From: Ginglymostoma cirratum | Lineage: Eukaryota | NCBI GenBank assembly: GCA_024137785.1 | Contig: JAHRHZ010000022.1 | Coordinates: 26,194,792 to 26,258,760 of the forward strand | Direction of reading: 5' to 3' | Length of the DNA stretch: 63,969 bases | In this document: piece after piece, positions 1 to 10,490 of the stretch | Numbering within the stretch: the first letter of the stretch is position 1 | Layout: each line of letters opens with the position of its first letter | Program-made: the position numbers and the translations under genes | The notes under the pieces: generated by a model | Told to the model about the DNA's origin: nothing | What the model saw: the letters and a program-made list of their open reading frames with translations, nothing else | Database searches by the model: none

Positions 1-2295
1 CTGTGCAAAGTTTCTCGTCTCTGCAGCCTGAGCTCCATGTCCTACTCCTGCACCTACAGTCCCATAACATCAGAGGTCCATGTGATGTCAATGGAGAAAA
101 CTCCTCTAACTTTTATCATGTGATGCAGCAATTCTGCCTTCAAAATTTTCAAACGCTTCCACTTCCAAACACACTCAAAAACATCAGTAAATCAAAAGCA
201 AATCTTGCAAATTGAATGGCTGACATGTTAATTGATACTTGCAGAGGTCCCAAATAGCACATATGCGTTGTGTTACATGAAGAGGCTGAGTGATGTCATG
301 GTCTGTCTACTTTGCTTGCTTCCCAGTCCTGTGGAGCATATGTACATCGGTTCTCTGTTAATCAGGCCATGTAACTGCAGCCAGAAGCATTCTGCCCACC
401 ATTGTTAGCTTCTCCAGCTCAGCTTCAGTAATATTATTTTATTGATGTCTCCAACTTGTTTAATGTCTATTCATACAAAACATCTTTGAAGACGCACACA
501 CACTACTGTTGAAAGGAAAATTGGCCACCAGTATGTAATGATGGCCGACCTGATACAAATTGGCACCTGTCAAATTTGAATTGTAGCTCAGGGGGTCCCT
601 CAGGACTCTGATACTATCTGCAGCTCAGATTAGCTTCAGCAAACTATTGCAATGACATTGCGTTTTGCATCTTTGTACAACCCTGCAGTGTATTGTTAGC
701 CACCCACGTTGGTTCTCCTATTTTACATGAGTCTGACGTCTGAAGGCTGTTGTCTGAAGAATCCTGCCTGAGTCATCTAAAAAGGAGGGGGAAATGATTA
801 GGGAAATTTTAAATGCCAATGTGTCTAAGTTCTGCCCTCTTCAAAACTCTCATGTTAGCTTGACGAACCAGTGTAGGCTGCAGACAGGAAAAAATGTCCA
901 AACAATGTAAATGGTTACCCAGCATTTGGAACTCACTGAAAACATTCCAACTCTGACTTACAGTTGAAGACTTTGGACAGTTTCCAATTTACTTAGCTTA
1001 TTAGGAGAAGTTAGGGATTAGAACCTACTCTAACTTCTAGTTAACTATAAAACTGACTGCCAAACACTCACATTGAATACCCCCCAATCCCCCCAACCCC
1101 AGCTCCCTCCTGAACAACTGATACCCTGGCCTCAGCTGATAGTACCAGGAGCCAAGCACCACTCCCTGAATCCCAGCTGCTTCCCCCTCTATTTGACATC
1201 CAACATACCCAAAACACACTCCCAATAATCCTCTGCCAGATATGTGCTACTACATTCCCATTTACTCCCCCATGAACACAATCCCCCACCCTACCACCAA
1301 TAAATGACCATTCCTCATGTCCTGACCTAACCTCATCATTTGCTTCCCTACCCCTTTACTCACTCACCACTACCTCCCACCCACCTGACACTCACCCACT
1401 TATTTGTCACCCTGCTTCCTTACCTTAACACACTAACCTTCTTTCATTTGCTTGCCAAAGAGACTTATAGGATCTTAACTGTGTTTACTTGCTGAAAGAC
1501 AGCAGCTGTTGCCATCAAAAGCAAGTGCGACAACTCCAAAGATTCACTCAGATGCTGTCTGTTTGCGCTGCATCTGTTGAGATGGGTCCTAGATTGGAAA
1601 GTGCGCCTGAAGTTCTTCACTCATACTTAGATTGGACAAATGGATAAGATTTTGGAGCCAAAGACCCAGTCGTTTACGACATTGCTGAGCACTCAGGGGA
1701 ATCTTGTGACGTCAACTAGTAAGAAAATGGGGTAGAACTAGATGGAAGTTGGTAACTGTCAGTGCTAGTCCCGTGTGCACACTGGTGCCTGCACAAGAAG
1801 AGAGGGAACTCTGCTGATCCCCGACATTTAGGAGCGTCAGGTTACCCAGGATCTATCCTTATTCTCCATTCACACAGCAAAAGGCTGATTTAGCAAAAGT
1901 TTGTTTGTAATTTTGCATTATTCCGGGATTCAGGCTACCTTGCTACCCTGGGACCCATTGTTAAGGCCCACATCTGTCTCTGAAGACTCTAAATCTCCAA
2001 TATCTGACCTGCTGGAGAGATTTTCTTCCAATGTCAGGAGCAGGAGTTGCTGGGAATCTGTCAGTGCTTGTAGATATCATTTTCCTTGTAAGGGATCAAA
2101 AGAAGGTTCTGTCCTTTTAAAAGACTGTAAATTTACTCCACATGTCTCTGAAGATAAGATGGAAAGAAACAATAGGACCCTGGAGTAATTTCGAGACCGG
2201 GATTCTGGATGGAGTAATGCTTTGTGCCAGTTGGTGGTGCTAGTGCACCACAGGAAACTATTTCACAGAAGTCTGGAGGTAGTAAAATAAGTAAA

Positions 2296-2470
2296 ATCAG
2301 AAATTGTTGAAGAAACTCAGCAGGTCTGGCAGCATCTGTGCAGGGAAAACAGAGCTAACATTTGGAATCCAGTGACTTTTCTTCAGAACACAGACCACTG
2401 ACGCTGCCAGACCTGCTGAGTTTCTCCTGCAATTTCTGTTCTCGTTTATTTCAGATCTCCAACGTTTACA
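2296..2470. mobile_element. palindromic Penelope-derived short element
   Basis: Inverted arms gaaactcagcaggtctggcagc / gctgccagacctgctgagtttc, with a hammerhead-like CTGAAGA core on the minus strand. Confidence 0.7.
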
Positions 2471-3775
2471 GTTCTTTCTTTTGTGTCTAGGTAGAGATAT
2501 TCCTCTGATGCAAACAATTATCACTGGCATTGAGCAATTACAAATCTACAAAGAAAACATTGTTGCCATTGTCTGGAGCTCCACCAGCATCTCTCTCTGT
2601 CTCTCTCTCTCTTGCTTTGACTTAGACTTAAATAACTGTGAGTGGGGCATATTTAAGATTGCTAATAAGTTGTCCATTTAAGGACTAGATGAAGTTTTTA
2701 TTTGAGTCAAGGAATTCATAAAGAAGTGATGACATAGGAGAGAGTGAGTCAGAATGGTGATACAACAGCAAAAACATTATAAAGGGAAAGGCTCAGAGAT
2801 GGTGCTTGTTCATTAGCAGCTAGTACAGCATCAAGAGAATTATCTGTTGGCTCAGGACAAGGGTATTTTGGGGCAGGGGCAGTTTGAAGGGTGGTAGTGT
2901 CCTTCTACATACGGGCTTCACACATTTAGAATAGAATAGTAATTTATTGAATTGAATCAGCTTTATTGTCACATGTACTCAAATGATACAGTGAAAAGCT
3001 GTACAGTGAAAAATGATACAACATTCCCTAAGCATTCAGAAACTCTTGGATAAAAATTAAATAGAGCAGTGGAGTGACTTATTTGAGAATTATTGGCTTA
3101 AATATTAAGGGTTGATAAAACACTGTTTAATTATGTAATATTTGGTTAAATCTTGTCCATGAAAACTTTGATTTGCTGTGTGAGCCCTGGCATCATTGTT
3201 TCAGTGAATAACTGGGAATTTGAATTTCTCTTAAAAGTTCATGATGTCCTTTTGAGATAAGAAAACTAGAAATACAGATCGCTTCATATATATGAAGGGA
3301 GTCAAAGGCTTGCATTTCAGGAGATCTGAAGCTGTACTGTAGGTCCTAGGAGAGTGTTTTCCTCGAATAGGGCATTCGAGTCGCTGAGTAAGGAGACATT
3401 CATTTCAAATTAAAATGAGAATTTTCTTCTTCAGGAATTGTTAATCTTTGGAAGCCTGTATTCCAGGAAACTGTTGTTGAGCATGTGTGAGACAGCAATT
3501 AATAGACTTTTGGATACTTAAAATTAATGACTGAACTTATGATCCCTATGGTCTTACTGAATGAGCAATGCAACATTGGGTATCAACCACAGGTTGCACT
3601 GCAGTAACTTTGTACTTTTCAAATTCTATCAACTAAAACTATAAGGGTAGCAGATACAGGGGAACACCATCTCCCACAAGTTCTCCTTCAAGGCCACACC
3701 CCATCCTGCCTTGGGAACAGAATTGCTGTTCCTTCATTGTTACAGGGTCAAAGTCCTGGAAATCCCTTTCTAACC

Positions 3776-4431
3776 TGTTACATTGCAAACTTCAAAGTTT
3801 AATGCCGGTGCAGGGATTGAAAGAATTACCAATAACTCTTTCTGGAATAAACTGTTTCCTGAGACCTGAAATGAAAGGGACAAGGAGAAACTGTTCTGAA
3901 GTAATTAAAAGCAACATGCCAATTAACCATCCCTCGGAAGAAGGAGTTGAAGCAACATAAACAAGCCATTTTCTGGGAGAGAGGAGACAATTTCCGTCAC
4001 AAGAAACAGAGAAGCTCCTACTGATAAGAAGGCAAGCTACAGGTGTGATGGTTCCAGAAATGTAATCAATATTGTGGATGAGTGGATCTAAAATACTATT
4101 AACAATGTCACAACAGAAACTTCACAAAGACAGAAAATCCAATAAGAATTCAACTTCAGGATTCTTGAGTAGCAGAACTCTAGTGAACCAACTCCACAAG
4201 GATTGAACCCTGGACTTCCAGAGACAGATGCTGTTGGTTGGAATTGTAACTAAATTGCGCCATTGATTGGGTAATAGTTAAGATGAGTTGTGAGACTTAC
4301 CTCGCTTACTTGAGGGGTCTTTTGTTGGTTGCTACATGCAATATAGTGAAGTAGTTGTTTCAGTCTGTTAGTGTGAGATTTCTTAATAAGTAGCTGAATT
4401 AAAGGTAGTGTGTGATAATTTATACACAACA
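3776..4431 (+). repeat. 5' LTR of the ERV
   Basis: Starts TGTTACATTGCAAACTTCAAA and ends ...TACACAACA. It is colinear with 8412-9025, e.g. the shared gaattaccaataactctttctggaataaactgtttcctgaga and caaggattgaaccctggacttccagagacagatgctgttgg. Confidence 0.9.
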
Positions 4432-4433
4432 AT

Positions 4434-4452
4434 TGGCATTCCCTGAGTGGTC
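4434..4452 (+). promoter_or_regulatory. primer binding site, tRNA-Asn-like
   Basis: TGGCATTCCCTGAGTGGTC lies 2 nt after the 5' LTR. It resembles the complement of the tRNA-Asn 3' end (TGGCGTCCCTGGGTGG), with mismatches. Confidence 0.6.
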
Positions 4453-4569
4453 TTTGAGAAGAACTGACCCTTAGTTGACCCCAAAGTTGAACCCACCAGC
4501 CTCGTATTCTCAAAAGTCCTGACTGAGTCTGATTTTAAGAGGATAGTTACTCCATGTGATGGCCAGCAA

Positions 4570-5600
4570 TTCAAGTGCATGGATGGGGATATGGACAATA
4601 GAACCTTTTCAGATTTAATCAGACCATTTACATTTCCATCTTATAAGTGAATTTGTTCTTAAAACTTTGCTGTGAAAACAAGGCAGACAATCAACTTGAA
4701 CGGGAGAACGTGGTTAAAGAATATTTGAATGAACGACTGCCAAAGTCGATAAAGTATTGTGAAGCTCGTGATGTCACGAGTCCAGGGGTACCGTTTGTTA
4801 CAGTCAGTTATTACGACCTTGGGAAAGCACACACCCAAAGAGAATGAGATGATGGAAATTTGTTGTCCTTATGCAGAGACTTGGTACATGAAGCATTCGC
4901 TAAAACAGAGAAATGCTGAAATAAGTGAGTTGAAGTTAGAAAATACAGAGCTAAAACAAGAGAAGATAGTTTACCTCTCCAATTATCAAAGTCTACTTGA
5001 GACAGAAAACAGAAATTCTGAGAAGGCACAGAGGCAGGTTCAGGAGTCAAGAATTAAGACTCGGGAACCTGAAAGCAAATGGAAAGTTCACCAACTGTAA
5101 TTAAAGTACTGCACCAAACAGAGCTTGAGCAACACATACAGAATGTTAGTCACTCTAAATGCTGACCAGAAATTGATGCCTTGAAGTCACTACTTTCAAA
5201 CCAGAGAGGATTTGCTGTGCTTTGGGACCCATACAGAGATTATGGGATGAAAGGGACGATTGTGATTGGGAATCAGTTGAGGATGAAGCCATATACTATT
5301 CAGAACAGGGTAGGAATATGATTATAATCCTGACTCTGGCACCCCTTCACCACACTTGGATAAAGATTCTCTGTACCCCTCAATACCATTTATATTGTCT
5401 GAGTCACTGCCCCCAACCAATATGCCCAACGTGCCTATACTTTGATTCCCAGAGTCATCTCAGCCTCTGGGACAGGAGGCCAAGAAGGAGCAGTGCCCAC
5501 AGACTCCCGGGAATCTCTTCAGGATTGGGGAACACACTGAAACACTAAAGCAGTCTCCCTCAGTGAACCTAATCTATGCCTTTTGGACAGTCCAAGCAGG
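4570..5600 (+). pseudogene. ERV gag-like remnant with long coiled-coil segment
   Basis: Directly follows the PBS. The ORF 4759-5100 contains a heptad-rich stretch (LKQRNAEISELKLENTELKQEK...); the region is interrupted by stops and frameshifts. Confidence 0.5.
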
Positions 5601-5639
5601 ATTGCAAGATGGGAACCTGCAGCATGATACCATTTACAA

Positions 5640-6270
5640 GAACAAGGGACACATTTTACCACCCGGCTTATGCAACAAATAATGGCTTTGTTAGATATAG
5701 ATCAGAAATTCCTCCTAGTGTACCATCCTCAGTTGAGTGGGATAGTAGAATGGATGAACAGAACCATAGAGGGAATGATTTGAAAAGCTGCACACCAGAA
5801 TAGTGATCAATAGAGTGACATTCTCCCTTGTGTCTTAGCGACAGTGAGAAATACATCATCCAGCTCCACACGTGTTACCCCATGTGTTGATGACAGGCAG
5901 ATCCATGAAAGGAATCAAGGGATTATTAGGGTATGACCTCTTTGAACCAGAAGTTCAAGCTCTTACCCACAAGGAAACCATGGAAACTATAGGTTGCTGG
6001 CCTTGCAGCTGCAGTAAAAATGGGGAAGAAAGAGGAACAAAGTAAAGCATACTTTGGCACAAAGTCCGACCCATTGGATATGCAGTGGGAGAGAAACTAA
6101 TGCTGCGAGACTTCCAACCAGGCACATTTTTGTCACCAAAATATTTGGGACCCCATTCGATAATCGACAAAGCATGCTCATCGGTATACAAAATCTTATT
6201 GACGACTGGTAAACAGAATGGTAAAAGCACTTGGGACTCAAAACAATGCCATGTGCTCCTTGGCAGCATG
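5640..6270 (+). pseudogene. ERV integrase core and C-terminal remnant
   Basis: Translates QGTHFTTRLMQQIMALLDIDQKFLLVYHPQLSGIVEWMNRTI...ILPCVLATVRNT...MTGR, then the GPY/F-type motif SPKYLGPHSIIDK. No protease, RT or RNase H is visible (deleted). Confidence 0.85.
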
Positions 6271-6726
6271 GAAAATGATTCTGTAAATTTACCTCAACAG
6301 CAGGAGGCTGTTGGAGGAGTCCACTATGTGGGACCAGTTACCCAAGTTAATGCCAGAACTCCAAAACTTTTGCAAAACTGGTAAATTCCAACAACAATGG
6401 GACAAATGACACTGCAAACACCACACCTCCACCTCAGAAACAACAATCAGTTAGACCGAAACAACAATTACCATCACCTCAGCCACATCAATCCTAATGC
6501 CACCAGTTGGTAACACATAAGGGAACTAAATTATAATTGAGAAAAATCAAAACAAATAATCAAGGTTTCACCTCAATGGAGCAGAAACAGGCCAAATGAA
6601 TGCTTGGTGAGAGGAGTTGTAATGGACTACTTTGCTGGGATGTTTGGAAATTTATTTGTGTAAACTGAAAAACTGTAAATAAGTGCAGAAATTACCTTGA
6701 TCTTGTGTTTGCACTTTAGATAAACC

Positions 6727-8110
6727 GTGAAGCTGATTGTTGGAATTGTATTGCTGGTTTTCTCACACGAAGTATGGAGTCAGCATCCGGGATCCTGTGG
6801 AAGTAGGCCTGGAGTGTACAACGTAACAATAAGACTGTCCGTGGGGGTCATGGTATAATATGGGGTCACCACCTCCCTGGTCAGGACTGCAGAAATCTAT
6901 GAGTTCAACTGGTTCATCAACAGGACACATTACAGTTTGTGTATTGTTTGATAATGACGACTGGGTTTTATTCTGCAAATAATCAAGCTCCAGTGTGCAC
7001 AAACCAATGGTGTTCAGAGATGCCTCTCCCTACGACTTCATGCATCAATTATTGCTGCAGTGGTAACACAGAAGTCAAGTCCATTTATGCTAACGTAGGG
7101 TGTGCTTTAGGAAAAGGAGGACCCAGAGGAGGGACTGTTATGCAAAGCATGGATAAAGCATTCTATGAAAATGTTCTTCATGAATTGGTACTGGTAATTC
7201 TGAATCTCTCAGTTATTTATTACCATTATAGTTTCCAAAACATTTACCTAATATTTATAAGGAATTGATCAGGGCGTTGTTTAATCAAGAGGGTTACAAA
7301 ATTGCAAGGCAAAATAGGAAGTGTGGAAGTTTGATAGGAGATGCATTTATGGTGCAGGAGTTTCTACAGTTAATGGCCTGGACAACAATGTAATGAGTGA
7401 TCAATTAAATCAATTAACTTCTCAAGATAAAGGTATATTAGGTGCAATGAAAAGTAATACTAAACTTGGTAGTCAAGCCAGGGATGTCACTTAACAATGT
7501 TACATTTCATATTGTTAACATCTGAGAATCACATGCACCTGTGACTAACAAGTCAGTAAAAGAAATAAAAAAGAGCATCAAATAAATGTAACTTTGTTAA
7601 TATACGTGGCAGTTGGATGTTAGATCCATAGGAACAATGGAATTGGTTAACATCCGGAAGAAAAAAAAATCTGTGACTCTTGATGTGACAGACTCAGCTA
7701 CAGAAATAGTTATGTCCTATTACAAAAATATGAGGTTCAGATTGACCTGCAAAGGGAACATTTGGAAGAAATGAAAGGGATTTTGAGAAAGGCACACGGG
7801 TTACATATTAAATGTCAGTAGAATAGTCAGAAAATCGAGACACATATTAAAAACATTAAGAACATAGTTGGTGGGATGGGGTGTCTGAGTGGGATGCTCT
7901 TTGTAGAGTCAGTGCAGACTCAATAGACCGAATGGACTCAATCTGTGCTGTAGCAATTCTATGATTCCATGATTCTATGACATCTGGAATTGGAGAGATA
8001 ATATACACGCGGTTGCCTAAGTTTGTATTATTTCACATCTTGTTGTTATTATTTTGTGTATTTGGATATATCTTACTTTTATAACTATTATGTTTTGCCG
8101 TTGGCAATAG
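6727..8110 (+). pseudogene. ERV env remnant (signal peptide, basic cleavage site, fusion peptide, heptad, TM)
   Basis: A splice acceptor at 6719 precedes VKLIVGIVLLVFSHEVWS. RQNRK(C)GSLIGDAF/YGAGVSTVNGLD...QLNQL lies at about 7307-7420, and a hydrophobic TM-like stretch IISHLVVIILCIWIYLTFITIMF at about 8025-8100. Confidence 0.7.
7868..7980 (+). mobile_element. HE1 SINE / CR1 3'-tail fragment inserted in ERV env
   Basis: gcagactcaatagaccgaatgg...ctgtgctgtag followed by an (attctatg)n tail. Confidence 0.65.
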
Positions 8111-8411
8111 CATTTGTAATAGCATTGTAACTGCGATTGTAATAGCATAGTGTTATTTCAGTGATAGCTTATTTTCTTTATTGGCATGGTAATTACCCTA
8201 TTTTGTTTTGTGATTTATTTAATGATCATTATTTTGTAATTAATTTATTGATTATTAGTTTGCTTATCCTGTACCTCAAAATGAAATTATGCATTTTGTT
8301 TAAATTATATATTGTATAGCAACTCGACCTGGATATGAACCAATGTGGTGGAAAGTGGTTAATTATGTGCGTATTTGTTCTTCATTTTAAAAATGTGCAA
8401 AGAGGAGACAC

Positions 8412-9025
8412 CGTGACATTGCAAACTTCAAAATGTTAATAACTGTTCAGGGATTGAAGGAATTACCAATAACTCTTTCTGGAATAAACTGTTTCCTGAG
8501 ATTAAAGGGACAAGGAGAAACTGGTCTGAATGAATTAAAAGCAATGTGCCCATTAACCATCCCTTGGAAGGAGTCAAAGCAACATAAACAAGCTGCACCT
8601 GGGAGAGAGGAGACAGTTAGTACTGAATACTGTCACAAAGAACAGGAAGGCTACACTGATAAAAAGACAAACTACAGACTTGATGTTGTGGATGAACAGA
8701 TCTAAAAGATCATCAAAAATGTCACATCACAAGACAGAACATCTTTACAAGAATTCAACCTCAGGATTCTTCAGTAGCAGAACTCTAGAGAACCACACTG
8801 CACAAGGATTGAACCCTGGACTTCCAGAGACAGATGCTGTTGGATGGAATTGTACCCAAATTCCACCAGTAATTAGGTAATCGCTAAGTTGATTTATGAG
8901 GTTTAACTAGCTTACTTGAGGGGTATTATTTTGGTTGCAACAGGCAATAAAGTCTAAATCATTGTTTCAGTAGTTGATTGTCTGATGTTTCTTAATAAGT
9001 AGCTTGTGGTAATTTACACACAACA
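8412..9025 (+). repeat. 3' LTR of the ERV
   Basis: Starts (c)GTGACATTGCAAACTTCAAA right after the purine tract aaagaggaga and ends ...TACACACAACA. Confidence 0.9.
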
Positions 9026-10204
9026 AACTGCACTGTGGATGTCCCTAAACCCCAGGAACTGCAGGGGTTTAAAAAGGTAACTCACTACAGCCTTTTCCAC
9101 AGCAATTGCAGAGGGACAATAAATGTTGACCCACCCAGTGACACCCATGTTTCATGAAAAAATACAAAACAAGATAGAGCAGACTCAAAGGACTGAATGC
9201 ATGCCCCTGATCACATTTCTTATGCTTTTAAATTCAATGACCCTGTCACAATTTTTTCACAGAGACAAAGCAGATCAAATAAAGTAGAGGAGGCAAGATA
9301 ACTCCACTTCAGAAACTTCACAGTCACTTTATAGAAAGGATTGAATTATTAAAGATGAAGGGCTGCTGGGGTCTGAAATTTACCTGAGATGTAGGATACA
9401 CAGGGGTCTCTAAGTATTCATAATAATGGATTTTTTAAAATTTAGTCTTCTCTGAACTTCTTTGCTTCTCATTATATTATTTAATTGGATATACCTACCA
9501 CAGCAGGTTGAGTCAAAAATTAATCTCCCGATCAAAAGGGTCAACAAGCATCATGCACTCTCATTCAGTTCAGGAATGTTGCCTAGCACAGCCCATTAAT
9601 GATTCATTAAAAATTCCTATCCCGACATTTGCTCCTCCATCTGATGCCTATTTGTTCAGTGAAATTAGCATGTCAATCATCCAGGAATAAGAAATTACTT
9701 TTAAATACCACTGTTCCATTCCATATATCGTATGACTACCTTTTTGTTTGCAACTTAACCAATGATCTCCCTCCAAGTAGAGGACTGATTTGTTTCCATG
9801 AGCGTTTTGCAAATTGCTTTTAAACACAACTTGCATTTATAAAGTGCCTTTCCAGATCTCGGTATATCCCAAAATGCTTTAGAGCTAATGCAATACTTTT
9901 CAACTGTAGTCACTGTATCAAATGTGGGAAATTCAGTAGCCAATTTATACAAAGCAAGCTCCCGCATACAGAAATATGTAAATGATCAGATGTTTTGTTT
10001 TTGTGATAATTGCAATAAGTTTTGCAGAGGTCACGGGGAATAATAGCCCAACTCTGCTTCAAAATGAAATTATGGATATTTTACATTCAGCTGAGAAAGC
10101 GTGGATGGGTGTAATGTTTCATTTGAAAGGCAAAGGAAGGAATGGAGAAAATAGGAGACAATGTAGACCTTTTGGTTGCACGAACCAGCCTTATCACTAA
10201 ACTA

Positions 10205-10490
10205 GATCATGGTCGGTCTTCTAACTCCACACCATTTTGCTGTACAAACCCTATATCTCTTGATATCTTTAAAATCAAGAAATTTATCAATCCCTGTCCT
10301 GAACATACTCCATTTATGAGCCCCTACAGTCATCTGGAGGAAAATGTTCCAAAGATTCGCCCTCTGAGTGAAGAAATTCCTCTTCATCTCAGGCTTACCT
10401 CCTATTCTGAGGCTGTGCCCCTTAGTCCAGATTCCACAAGCAGAGGAAATATCCTTCCTGTCTTTACCTTATCAAGCCCTGTGAGAAGTA
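10205..10490 (-). mobile_element. CR1-type LINE 3' fragment
   Basis: The minus-strand ORF MKRNFFTQRANLWNIFLQ...IDKFLD is the typical CR1 ORF2 C-terminus. Confidence 0.75.

Larger units (their letters stand above)
3776..9025 (+). mobile_element. decayed endogenous retrovirus (LTR-gag-truncated pol/IN-env-LTR), lokiretrovirus-like
   Basis: Two homologous LTRs, a PBS, a PPT, a 4-bp near-TSD (aacc/aact), and integrase and env remnants. The insertion splits a LINE 3' tail. Confidence 0.85.

Noticed and set aside
1030-1450. Gly/Val-rich minus-strand ORFs in C-rich sequence; similar tracts at 23480-23800 and 60280-60600
   Set aside because: These are low-complexity, strand-biased tracts, probably from a non-coding repeat, with no protein motifs.
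8433-8880. ORFs of 90 and 66 aa that might be viral accessory genes
   Set aside because: They lie inside the 3' LTR and are not preserved as ORFs in the 5' LTR copy.
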